Assembly (NCBI GenBank): GCA_963681965.1
Contig: OY820579.1
Location: forward strand, 1,216,001 to 1,280,000
Length of the DNA: 64,000 bases
Direction: 5' to 3'
Origin: a bacterium
Lineage (GTDB): Bacteria > Electryoneota > JAOADG01
Under the pieces are notes generated by a model. That model ran no database searches. It had not been told where the DNA came from and was given only the letters and a program-made list of their open reading frames with translations. The number at the start of each line of letters is the position of its first letter. The stretch's first letter is position 1. The position numbers and the translations under genes were made by a program. Positions 48,244-57,225 of the stretch are shown here, piece after piece.

Positions 48244-49812
48244 ATCGAGAACAACGATACGACTCTTTCCGATAGTGATATCGATGGATTGCTTGCAGAG
48301 AACAGTAAAGCGGGAAGCTTTGTTCAAGACAACTTCAAGGGTTTGTTTTTCGCCAAGGGTGTGCATGCCGCCATTGATAATATCCGCACCAACATTGACG
48401 ATCTTCGAGGCTACAAAAAAGACATTGCACTCTTTGCACTGGCGAAAGCGTGTATCAGTGGCAAGGGGGGGTTCGGACATTTCCAGTCGTCGGTTCGGTA
48501 CGGCAAGTTCGAAGATACTCTTGCTGAGTTTACGAAGCGATTCCGTGATAACTGTGTAACGATCAATCAACTCGTGTTCGACAACAAGAAAGAAAATCGT
48601 GCAGAAAACTCTACTATCGATGAGTTGCTACCGGGTGTTAAAGTTGATCTAGCCTATTTCGATCCACCGTATGCTACTGAGTTTTCAACAACGAATTATG
48701 AGAGTTCTTATCACTTTATCGAAGGATTGATGACCTACTGGAAAGGTCTTACGATCAACGACGATAGTGCTACCCACAAATTTTTTGAAATTGAAGAACA
48801 AACTGTTACCCAGAATAGCGCTGATACATTTTTTGAAATATTCCTGAGAGGCGCACAAGGGATCAGTTGTTGGATTATCTCATACCGTGATCACGCATTT
48901 CCAAACGAAGCGAAGATCAAATCGCTCATCTCGGATTCTGGAAAAGTATCTAGGATGTTCTCGAAGGATCATTCTTACCAATTGGCTGGAAACGATCGTC
49001 ATGGTGAAGCATCGCAAGCGAAGGAACATATCTTCGTATGTGGTCCTACCGAAACCGCGATCCGTTCGCAAGCAGATTGGGAAGAGGAAGCAAAGTCGAT
49101 TTCTCAATGGCAGCCAGTGACTGCCTCGTCGATCGCTTCAACAAGCAGATTGCATTGCTCGACTATAAATGCTGACATCAAACTGGTGTCTGAAGCAGAA
49201 GATAGTATTGAGAGTCCCACCGATCCGGAGTTTGTGTTCGTTTTGACTCATGTCGGGACGAATCTAAACGGCGACAATTTTACCCGTGACGAACTGATTA
49301 AAGCTGCACCGACAGCGATTACCCGAAAAGTTGATCTCAAGCATTCGCAGGATCTCACTGACATCGTAGGTGGTATTACCGATTCCCAGTGGAAAGACGA
49401 GGATGGCGGTCTCGTTGAATGTACCGGTCGTCTCTTCGTTGCTGACAATCCGCACGCACAACTCGCCTACCGGCTCATGAAGGAAGGTATTGTTAAGCAG
49501 GTCTCGATGGAATGCCAGTATGATGCTGGTGAATGTTCGATCTGCGGCAAGAAGTTTTCATCGAAGTCCGATTACTGTATCCATCTTCGCAAATACAAAG
49601 GTGCCATCTATCAGGGTAAACCAGTATTTGAAATCCTTCGCGGTGTCGTGTTTACCGGTGTGGGATTGCTATCCGATAAAGGTGCCGACGAGCGTGCGGT
49701 TATCCGTTCCATTGCGGAAACAGGAGTCAAAATGAAAACGCAGGCATTGTCTTTTTCTGAATATTTCCTCCAGCAACAGCGTAGCATGACGCTGTGGGAC
49801 ATCGTGGGATGA
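48196..49812 (+). CDS. 5'-truncated DNA adenine methyltransferase fused to a phage prohead protease-like domain
   Basis: DLAYFDPPY (motif IV) but no FxGxG; then THVGTNLNGDNF...H...VSMEC...CSICG...CIH...FTGVGL; MTase-like sequence starts near 48244. Confidence 0.7.
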   Translation: MRSPVAGEHCVYDLADIENNDTTLSDSDIDGLLAENSKAGSFVQDNFKGLFFAKGVHAAIDNIRTNIDDLRGYKKDIALFALAKACISGKGGFGHFQSSVRYGKFEDTLAEFTKRFRDNCVTINQLVFDNKKENRAENSTIDELLPGVKVDLAYFDPPYATEFSTTNYESSYHFIEGLMTYWKGLTINDDSATHKFFEIEEQTVTQNSADTFFEIFLRGAQGISCWIISYRDHAFPNEAKIKSLISDSGKVSRMFSKDHSYQLAGNDRHGEASQAKEHIFVCGPTETAIRSQADWEEEAKSISQWQPVTASSIASTSRLHCSTINADIKLVSEAEDSIESPTDPEFVFVLTHVGTNLNGDNFTRDELIKAAPTAITRKVDLKHSQDLTDIVGGITDSQWKDEDGGLVECTGRLFVADNPHAQLAYRLMKEGIVKQVSMECQYDAGECSICGKKFSSKSDYCIHLRKYKGAIYQGKPVFEILRGVVFTGVGLLSDKGADERAVIRSIAETGVKMKTQALSFSEYFLQQQRSMTLWDIVG

Positions 49813-50454
49813 TTGCAAAGCTATCTCAACGATCTACTAGGCAAAGTGAAGAATGAAGACCTCACCAACGACCAAGCCTTCGAACTGATGCAGAGTGGCG
49901 TTGAGCAATTTCGTTCCTCGCTGGAGGAGCTGTTTCAAAATCCAGCCGATTTACCAACTGTGGAGGCAAAGAAAATGACTGATCCAAAACCACCGGAAAT
50001 CCCTCCGGCGAGTGCGGCAGCTCCGGGAAGCGAACAGATTAAGACGCTTGAACTGGAGAATGCTGATTTGAAAAAGCGCGTCGATGAGCTATCGAAGCAA
50101 CTCGATGCACTGAAGAAAGCTGCTGCTCAAGAAAAAGCGAAGTCGAAAGCAACGGAACTAGTGAAGCGATTCGAACTCAAAGGTCGGACGTTTGCCAATG
50201 ATACCGAGCGTGAAGTGGAGATTGAACGATTGGCAGCCCTATCTGATGAAGCGCTAGCGGCAGTGGAAATCACTGTTTCGGCAATGCCTGATCTTTCCGC
50301 CCAGGCAAATCGCCAGCCAATACTCAAGACCGATGCTGGTGTAAAGCCGGTCAATGTTGCCGACACGGCGCCCGGCGACGAACTCAAAACTGGTCTCAAA
50401 GACGGCTTAATGGCGGCTTACAAACAGAATCGCGGCGAAGCGGTCACGAACTGA
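49813..50454 (+). CDS. Putative capsid scaffolding protein (in frame with the upstream ORF after one TGA)
   Basis: Coiled-coil, Ala/Lys/Glu-rich; lies between protease and decoration/capsid genes; internal GGAGG-preceded ATG at 49975. Confidence 0.65.
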   Translation: MQSYLNDLLGKVKNEDLTNDQAFELMQSGVEQFRSSLEELFQNPADLPTVEAKKMTDPKPPEIPPASAAAPGSEQIKTLELENADLKKRVDELSKQLDALKKAAAQEKAKSKATELVKRFELKGRTFANDTEREVEIERLAALSDEALAAVEITVSAMPDLSAQANRQPILKTDAGVKPVNVADTAPGDELKTGLKDGLMAAYKQNRGEAVTN

Positions 50455-50467
50455 GAAGGAGATCTCG

Positions 50468-50887
50468 ATGGCAAATTACCTGAATGCCGCCTTGCCTGGC
50501 ATCGCATACGGCAATGGCGAACTGCAGGGTCCGGGAAATCCCGGACAAATTGTAAAACTGGTCGGTAATGATCTGTTCGAAGTGGTCAGTAATGCGAATG
50601 ACGAACCGTTCGGTTTGCTGGGTCGCACAAATCGGCTCAAGAGCGGACCAATCCCGACATCCACCGACAAAGTACTAGCGGTTGTATTCGTTGGCGATGG
50701 AATCTACGAAACGGATAACTTTTCCGGGTCGATCACTGCCGGCAATACACTGACATTCGATGCATCGCTCGGCAATCTGAAAGGTGCCGGAGCCGGTGCA
50801 AAGATAATTGGTCGTGCGCTGTCAGTTTCAGACGGCATGCTCAAATTTCAATGGACGAATCACGGGACTAGCGTCCCCTCGACGTAA
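50468..50887 (+). CDS. Putative capsid decoration/cement protein
   Basis: 139 aa, Gly-rich beta pattern (GIYETDNF...AGNTL...IIGRALSV); position just before the capsid gene; AGGAG RBS. Confidence 0.6.
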   Translation: MANYLNAALPGIAYGNGELQGPGNPGQIVKLVGNDLFEVVSNANDEPFGLLGRTNRLKSGPIPTSTDKVLAVVFVGDGIYETDNFSGSITAGNTLTFDASLGNLKGAGAGAKIIGRALSVSDGMLKFQWTNHGTSVPST

Positions 50888-50897
50888 GGAGGTTTCA

Positions 50898-51764
50898 ATG
50901 ATTAGCACCGAAGTGAACTCTCGCGAATTCATGGAGAAAATGGGTCAATTGATGACCCGTTCTCTGGAAACCCCGGAAGGAATGCATGCAATGGCGGAAG
51001 CGATTGCTCCTCCGATTGAAATGGAAATCAATCGCCGGATCATCACACCGTTATTGCTTACTGAACACCCATTACCGCCTGGACAACCGGCAAAGTACCA
51101 GAAAGTACCCGGTATCAAAGCACATTGGATCGCCACTGGTGGAATCGTTACATCTACCGATGTCGCTGATTTCGATGAAGTGGAATTTCCAATTGACCGC
51201 ATTCCGGCAAATCCGATGGTTGATGTTTCGGCATTGCAGAGTGGTAACGTCGGTACACTCACCGATCACCAGAATAAAGCGGCAAACGCAATCCGGAAGG
51301 AAGTCGACAAGCGAACAATGTCGCTATTTTCGGCTTCAGTTTCGCAATCGAATACCATCACCATTACCAGTGGTGGCAAGCTGACCGAAACCGCCTTCTA
51401 TCAGGCAATTGCCAAAGTTGAAGACCTCGAGCTGAATCCGAAATTTATTCTAATGCGTGGTGCGAGAATGTCAGATTTGAAAAGCTGGTCGAATCTTGAT
51501 CCGCAGACCAACCGCGAATTGTTCGAAAAGGGCGTTGTCAAGACAATGGGTGGAGCAGGTTTAATCAATACTGCTGCTGCATCGTTATCGGAAGTTATCA
51601 TCGTTCCGGACACTGAGATCGGTAAATACGCCATTCGAAGTGCAATCACTGCTGAACCCTACAAGGATGTTCCACGATTCAAAGTCGGTTGGGTGGTTTG
51701 GATGGAATGTGCGCTCGGTATTACCCGTCCCGATCTGTTGTTCAAAATCGTAATCAACGGGTGA
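50898..51764 (+). CDS. Major capsid protein (probable HK97 fold)
   Basis: 288 aa with strong AAGGAGG RBS; AIRKEVDKR spine-helix pattern, C-terminal GWVVWMECALGITRP; gene order. Confidence 0.75.
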   Translation: MISTEVNSREFMEKMGQLMTRSLETPEGMHAMAEAIAPPIEMEINRRIITPLLLTEHPLPPGQPAKYQKVPGIKAHWIATGGIVTSTDVADFDEVEFPIDRIPANPMVDVSALQSGNVGTLTDHQNKAANAIRKEVDKRTMSLFSASVSQSNTITITSGGKLTETAFYQAIAKVEDLELNPKFILMRGARMSDLKSWSNLDPQTNRELFEKGVVKTMGGAGLINTAAASLSEVIIVPDTEIGKYAIRSAITAEPYKDVPRFKVGWVVWMECALGITRPDLLFKIVING

Positions 51765-51768
51765 TGAT

Positions 51769-51963
51769 ATGGCAACACTGAAGAATATTTCGGGAATGAC
51801 ACTAGCATTTCCGTCAGGAGTTATCCTCGCACCCGATGCAACACTCTCAGTAAGTAAACCAAATGTGGAACAGAAGGAAGCGATGAGTCTCGGCTTACTA
51901 GTGGAAGCGAAGGGGTTGGAACCTGCAGGCGATTGCGAGAATGGAAAGCAGCCGAATCCATGA
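51769..51963 (+). CDS. Small phage hypothetical protein
   Basis: 64 aa directly after the capsid gene; ATGA overlap with the next gene. Confidence 0.55.
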   Translation: MATLKNISGMTLAFPSGVILAPDATLSVSKPNVEQKEAMSLGLLVEAKGLEPAGDCENGKQPNP

Positions 51964-52388
51964 CGTTAGGTTCTGAACTCACCGCCAAGTTGCGGCTCGA
52001 CTATCACGATACGCTGAGCGATCCGGAACACGATCTATCGGATGAACAGCTTTGTCGGTGTATCGAGCGCGGATTGTTGTTTCTGAATCGAGATTTCGCT
52101 GCGGTCTACACAGTATGTGGCGATGGCATTGATCCGGCGCTCTCACAGGAACATCGGGAAATGTTACTTCTGCGGTCACTTGCACTAGTGTGCGAACTGA
52201 TGGCAGCGAAATCATCACGTCATGTTTCATTCTCTTCCGGTGATAAATCGGTGACCCATGGCGATGAAGCAAGGATCTGGCTCGCACTGGGTGAACGCAG
52301 TATGGCACGATACGATGCCGCAGTGGAAGTTTGGACGGGTGGAGTCGGTAGCCTGCAGCCCTTGCTGTATGGTGATTCGGAGTCATGA
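51960..52388 (+). CDS. Putative head-tail connector/adaptor
   Basis: Helical N-terminus (LSDEQL), SFSSGDKSV hairpin; position after the capsid gene; ATGA coupling at both ends. Confidence 0.65.
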   Translation: MTLGSELTAKLRLDYHDTLSDPEHDLSDEQLCRCIERGLLFLNRDFAAVYTVCGDGIDPALSQEHREMLLLRSLALVCELMAAKSSRHVSFSSGDKSVTHGDEARIWLALGERSMARYDAAVEVWTGGVGSLQPLLYGDSES

Positions 52389-52759
52389 CAACCTTTCTGA
52401 CCATCGCACAAGCGAATCAGATTCGTGCCGATATGAAAGCGCTTATTGAAAGTAGTGGCGAATCGGCTACACGTTCGCGGCAAGTCTTAACACCGGTATT
52501 GTACGGTGGGCAACCTATCGGTGAATCGGTCAATCAGATCACTTTTCCAGTGTTGCGTAAGCCGCTCCCGGAAAACGATCTGATAAAAAATGGCAATGGA
52601 ATGGTGTTGTCGGTATTGCCGGATGTGGATGTTCAGGAGATTGATCTCGTGACAGTGGATGGTGTGCACTATGGTATCGCAGAGATCACCGAATTCAATT
52701 TGTTCGGTGTAGTGACACACCGGGAGATCAAGCTCGAACCGTACCGGAGTCATACGTGA
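52385..52759 (+). CDS. Putative head closure protein
   Basis: 124-aa beta-rich protein, DVQEIDLVTVDGVHYGIAEI; position in the neck module. Confidence 0.6.
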   Translation: MTTFLTIAQANQIRADMKALIESSGESATRSRQVLTPVLYGGQPIGESVNQITFPVLRKPLPENDLIKNGNGMVLSVLPDVDVQEIDLVTVDGVHYGIAEITEFNLFGVVTHREIKLEPYRSHT

Positions 52760-53229
52760 AAATTGTCATCGACACACGTGCGTTTGCAAAGAGCAAAGCT
52801 GTGCTTCGGAAGCATCCGTTGTTGCTACAAGCGGCATTACAAAGCGCGATGGTAACGCTTGCCGAGGATGTTCGCAAGGTTGCAGTAACGAAACTGCGCG
52901 ATAGTGGTGCAGTCGATTCCGGTTTACTGATGAACAGTATTTCAGTAGTGCCGGAAAGTAAACGCAAACTGATCGTTGGAACCAATGTCGCTTATGCAGC
53001 TGCGGTGGAATTTGGTGCACGTGGTCACTGGCTCCATATCGATTCAGTTCCCGGTATGCGGCTCTGGCTTAAGCGTCATGGAATTTCGGGGTGGAATTCG
53101 CGGAAGTTTTTCTATGTCGCACCCAAACCGCGTCCGTACTTCGAACCGGCATTTGTACATGGAAAAATGATTGCACCGAAAGTAATCGAAGTGGCACTTG
53201 GTAATGTGTTACTGGGACTCCATTCGTGA
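52756..53229 (+). CDS. HK97 gp10-like neck/tail completion protein
   Basis: VDSGLLMNSI, VGTNVAYAAAVEFG, PRPYFEPAF. Confidence 0.85.
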   Translation: MKIVIDTRAFAKSKAVLRKHPLLLQAALQSAMVTLAEDVRKVAVTKLRDSGAVDSGLLMNSISVVPESKRKLIVGTNVAYAAAVEFGARGHWLHIDSVPGMRLWLKRHGISGWNSRKFFYVAPKPRPYFEPAFVHGKMIAPKVIEVALGNVLLGLHS

Positions 53230-53744
53230 AGCTGGAACTCGCATTAGCGCAGTGGATTACGAGTAATCATCCAGAGCTGCATGTGTTCAAGGATGATCTC
53301 GCGCATACCGCCGCCGGGTATCCTTATCCGGTGATGCTGATAACCGAGATCGATGCCAGGCGAAGACAGATCGGGACCGGACCGTACGATGCAGTCGATG
53401 TTGTTGTTGAACGGAAATGGTGGAACGTCGAGCGAACGCTGCGACTTACGGTACGCTCACCGGCGGACAAGCAGTGCGATGGTAACACGATTGTTCATGC
53501 ATTGATCGAACAGATCGATAACACATTGCAGTCACTGTTTCGTATCGGGTCGGTGGATTTGCCACTGGGAGAGGATACGGTACATGTCGCAATGGCGAAT
53601 CATGCTGGTTTTCATGAGCTACCTGCCATCACTGACAAGTTGCCATTCGTGTATCAACGAGCATTATCGTGGCGGTTTCAGGAAGTTACGAGTCAGGAAT
53701 TTGAAATGGTGCCGCTGCTGATTCCCAGTGGAGTATTGCATTAG
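53226..53744 (+). CDS. Putative tail terminator-like protein
   Basis: Position after the gp10-like gene; YPYPVMLITEI and a tail-terminator-like size and pattern. Confidence 0.5.
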   Translation: MKLELALAQWITSNHPELHVFKDDLAHTAAGYPYPVMLITEIDARRRQIGTGPYDAVDVVVERKWWNVERTLRLTVRSPADKQCDGNTIVHALIEQIDNTLQSLFRIGSVDLPLGEDTVHVAMANHAGFHELPAITDKLPFVYQRALSWRFQEVTSQEFEMVPLLIPSGVLH

Positions 53745-53746
53745 CT

Positions 53747-53968
53747 GTGGATGTCAATTCGCTGGTAACGGGTAGTGGCAAAACTTTATCACAATTGGCG
53801 GAGAGTGAACGACAAACGCTGAGTATCACCAAACAGATCGAGCGAGAACAGGTAACGCGGGATTTATCCGAACAAATCTATACTCTACAACGTGCCATCG
53901 CTGAAGCGCCGACACAGGAGCAGCTCGATGCAATCGCCAGCACGATTAGTACGGGAGCTGCACTCTGA
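53747..53968 (+). CDS. Small coiled-coil hypothetical protein
   Basis: 73 aa, GTG start with GGAG RBS, TGATG coupling to the next gene. Confidence 0.5.
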   Translation: MDVNSLVTGSGKTLSQLAESERQTLSITKQIEREQVTRDLSEQIYTLQRAIAEAPTQEQLDAIASTISTGAAL

Positions 53969-54591
53969 TGTCCGATACCATTCTGAATTTATCGGGACTG
54001 CCACCTCAGCGCGCAGCGACGCTATACGATCTGCTGGCACGTACTCGTCGCGATAGTAATTGGCAATCGATTCCGGTGCGGGCAGTATTAGTACCAGACG
54101 ATGGAACGCTCACCATCAATGGTCTTCGGGATAGTCGGTATGCGTTGCTGTTTTCAGATCCGACTGCAATGTCGTTTTCCCGGTTCAAGCTTGAAGTTGG
54201 CGATAAATCAAAGTACCGGACGATCTATCTGAGTGATCCAATTCCGACACCAGTATTGCAATCCGTAGTTGTTTCCGTTCGGCTGAATGAAATCATCGCC
54301 CGTTTGAATTGGTCGATCCAAAGTGATGCCGCAGTTGTCACATTCGATGTTTACCGAAAGTGTGTGAACGAATCAGTGTTTACTCTCGCGCATACAGTTG
54401 CCGATCGGACTTCGAGGCATTGTGAATTGACCGGACTACAAGCCGAGAGTCGGTTTCACTGGTACATCGTGGCACGTGGAGCGGGACAATTTGTTCGAAA
54501 GTCGAACACTGTAGAAATGATAACTCCGGTTTCGCCGGTCGCCGAACCGAATCTGATCGTGAATGGAAATTTTGAGACTGCCGTCTGGTAG
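53968..54591 (+). CDS. FN3-domain protein ending in an isolated CBM4/9-type first strand (fibre gene A)
   Basis: LNW...FDVYRK...LTGLQAESRFHWYIVA FN3 pattern; terminal NLIVNGNFETAVW. Confidence 0.7.
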   Translation: MSDTILNLSGLPPQRAATLYDLLARTRRDSNWQSIPVRAVLVPDDGTLTINGLRDSRYALLFSDPTAMSFSRFKLEVGDKSKYRTIYLSDPIPTPVLQSVVVSVRLNEIIARLNWSIQSDAAVVTFDVYRKCVNESVFTLAHTVADRTSRHCELTGLQAESRFHWYIVARGAGQFVRKSNTVEMITPVSPVAEPNLIVNGNFETAVW

Positions 54592-54609
54592 TCAGGAGAA
54601 TGTTGTATT

Positions 54610-57225
54610 ATGGCACAACCGATTAAAATCTCGACCGTCGAAAAACTGTTCGGCAACCAGTCAATGGAAATCAATCCCGATGGTACGTCTGCAACGGTGC
54701 TAACTGACTTAACCAAGACAAATTATGTGAATCTGCAAGGTCTGACTGCGGTTACGGTTTCTTGCTACATCAACGCTAAGGCTTACTCCAGTGGTTACAT
54801 CGTAGCCCGGGCAGTATTCTTCGATATCAATGATGCGCAACTTGGTACACATGACTGGGTAACACTTTCTGCGGTCACAACTGGATTTTCACGGTTTTAC
54901 CAGACCTATTATCTGTCACAATCGCCGGTTCCTGCCAATACGGTTAAAATGAAATTGCAGTTTGGTGGCATCCAGAAAACCGGGGTTAATCCGAACTTCG
55001 ATACATTCATCGATGGCGTAAAAGTTGAGCAGGGAGACAAGCTCACTGCTTATACCGACTATACGCTGAAAGAGAATGATTCGCTTGATCTGGTTGGCGA
55101 TGGTGTCATTTTCAAAAAAATAACCGGTGTCAGCAACAGTAATCAGGTGACGGCAGATTCGATCGAAACTGCAGCGGTTACTAGCTTAAAGATCGCCGAT
55201 GGTGCGATAAGTACGTCAAAAATTGCCACTGGTGCTGTTACAACTAACGAATTGGGTGCAAATGCAGTTATAACGTCTAAACTCGCAAGCGGAGCGGTAA
55301 CTAGCAACGAGTTGTCAGCTAACGCTGTCATTGATACGAAAATCGCTAGCGGTGCAGTAACGACTGCAAAAATTGCTTCAGGAGCTGTGAATTATTCAAA
55401 GTTGGCTGCGAATTCCGTCATTACGTCTAAAATTAGTGCTGCAGCAGTTGATAGCTCCAAAATAGCTATTGGTGCTGTCGGAATTAACCAAATTGCAGCG
55501 AATGCCGTAGATAATACGAAGCTCGCCGATAATGCCGTGACTAGTTCGAAACTGCAGGATGCGGTAGTCACAAATTCGAAGATTCAATTCGGTACGGTGG
55601 CCGAGGATCGACTCAACAATTCTCTCACCACGAAGCTCTGCAAACTTCAATCTGATGGTACCTTCAAGGGCGATGTCTATTCCAATGATGGTGTAGTCAA
55701 GCTGATCGATTCTGCAACAGGTATGGTAACTTCTGCTTTACAGACGAGCAGTGGCGCTTCCCTAAATGATCGAGTCGAAGCGATCTATACAGATGTTTAC
55801 AACAAAGATGTAGCATTGCCGATTCTTGACAGGAATGTCAATAAATCCTTAGTACATGGAACTTTTAAAACTTATCGCCCTGGTACGACAACTGCAGATC
55901 TGAATATCGGTGTAATCGGTGACTCATGGGATGATTTATTTGAGCTGACCCGCGCGGATAACGGTGAGGATTTACTCGATGAAACCGGAGCGCCAATCAA
56001 AGTAGTAGCGCTCTGGGGAAAGCAAAGTAAGGTGAGTTCAATTATTGCTGGTAATGATCCCAATGGAGTCGGAGCCGGATGGTCTCGCACCGATGGCGAT
56101 GGCACGACCAACTCGACTTGGGTAGAACTCTCGGCTCTTCCAACTGCAAATTTCAACATCGTTTATTCTATCAGAAAAAAACTGTCAACTCTGCAAACGC
56201 GAGACCTAGTCACCGTCGGTGTGATCAAGGGGGGACAATCCGATGCGAACATTACCGGCGCACTGCATGATCTGAAAGGTACGACCAACTGGAATGATGC
56301 GGTCCCAAGTGGTAGAAAACTTACCGATCTGACCACAACGAAAGATGCCGGGGCGACTTATATCATCGCCGATGGTAAGGTAAAGGGAAGCTCGATTGTC
56401 GCCGGTGAAGTAGGCACTACCCAGCTTGCCGACAATGCGGTAACCACCAGCAAGATTCCCGATAACGCTATAAGCACCCAGAAAATTAATTCTGGATCGG
56501 TTACAGGTGATAAAATCGCACCTACAACCATCACAGCTTCGAACATAGCTAATTCAACCATAACCGGAACGCAAATTGCCTCCAGTACAATTACCGGTAG
56601 TAACATTGCTTCTGCGACAGTTACACAATCGAATCTCGCAAATAACTCTGTTGGTTCGGCTCAAATTGCCGATGCCAATATTACCAACGAAAAAATCGCG
56701 AATCTCGCTGTCGATTCAACAAAACTTACTAATGGGGCCGTGACGAATGAAAAGATTGGTGCCAATGCTGTTGATTCCTCTAAGCTCGCCAATGGCGCCG
56801 TTGGAACCACTCAACTTACCAATCTAGCGGTTGATAATTCGAAGTTGGCTGACGCGAGTGTTATCACCAGCAAGATCGCGAATCTCGCAGTCGATTCGAC
56901 CAAGATCGCTGATAGTAGTGTTACCACTGTGAAGATTGCGGCAAATGCTGTCGACGCTACTAAAATCGGTTCTGGTGCGGTTGGAACCACACAGCTAGCC
57001 AATAGCGCAGTCGATTCCACTAAGCTTGCAAACAATGCAGTTGTTGCTGGAAAAATTGCGACCAACGCTGTTGTCAATGGTAATATCGCCGATGGTGCAA
57101 TTACCGATACAAAAATTTCCGACGGATCGGTAACGACTGCCAAGCTCAATGCCACTGCCCTTTCAGTATTCGATGGTCGCAATATGGTGCAGAATCCATC
57201 ATTTGAATCGGGGGCATGGATCTGA
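54610..57225 (+). CDS. Fibre protein with 10-aa AVTxxKIAxG repeats and an N-terminally incomplete CBM4/9-like domain (fibre gene B)
   Basis: Two long decapeptide repeat blocks; N-terminal FGNQSMEI...FIDGVKVEQG; terminal NMVQNPSFESGAWI. Confidence 0.8.
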   Translation: MAQPIKISTVEKLFGNQSMEINPDGTSATVLTDLTKTNYVNLQGLTAVTVSCYINAKAYSSGYIVARAVFFDINDAQLGTHDWVTLSAVTTGFSRFYQTYYLSQSPVPANTVKMKLQFGGIQKTGVNPNFDTFIDGVKVEQGDKLTAYTDYTLKENDSLDLVGDGVIFKKITGVSNSNQVTADSIETAAVTSLKIADGAISTSKIATGAVTTNELGANAVITSKLASGAVTSNELSANAVIDTKIASGAVTTAKIASGAVNYSKLAANSVITSKISAAAVDSSKIAIGAVGINQIAANAVDNTKLADNAVTSSKLQDAVVTNSKIQFGTVAEDRLNNSLTTKLCKLQSDGTFKGDVYSNDGVVKLIDSATGMVTSALQTSSGASLNDRVEAIYTDVYNKDVALPILDRNVNKSLVHGTFKTYRPGTTTADLNIGVIGDSWDDLFELTRADNGEDLLDETGAPIKVVALWGKQSKVSSIIAGNDPNGVGAGWSRTDGDGTTNSTWVELSALPTANFNIVYSIRKKLSTLQTRDLVTVGVIKGGQSDANITGALHDLKGTTNWNDAVPSGRKLTDLTTTKDAGATYIIADGKVKGSSIVAGEVGTTQLADNAVTTSKIPDNAISTQKINSGSVTGDKIAPTTITASNIANSTITGTQIASSTITGSNIASATVTQSNLANNSVGSAQIADANITNEKIANLAVDSTKLTNGAVTNEKIGANAVDSSKLANGAVGTTQLTNLAVDNSKLADASVITSKIANLAVDSTKIADSSVTTVKIAANAVDATKIGSGAVGTTQLANSAVDSTKLANNAVVAGKIATNAVVNGNIADGAITDTKISDGSVTTAKLNATALSVFDGRNMVQNPSFESGAWI

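Noticed and set aside
45419-48559. 1046-aa plus-strand ORF at the position expected for the large terminase
   Set aside because: No Walker A or nuclease motifs. It is codon-aligned antisense to three recognisable minus-strand genes (AbrB, ATPase, recombinase all share its frame), which explains the lack of stops. Only the first few codons might be a terL relic. Its length is unusual, so proteomics would be the final test.
49810-54591. Stop-codon reassignment in the phage region (in-frame TGA at 49810, TAG at 54589)
   Set aside because: TGA and TAG both end neighbouring genes normally, with coupled downstream starts
55150-57150. 30-bp periodicity as a CRISPR array or DNA-level repeat
   Set aside because: It reflects degenerate decapeptide protein repeats; there are no identical repeats with unique spacers and no cas genes
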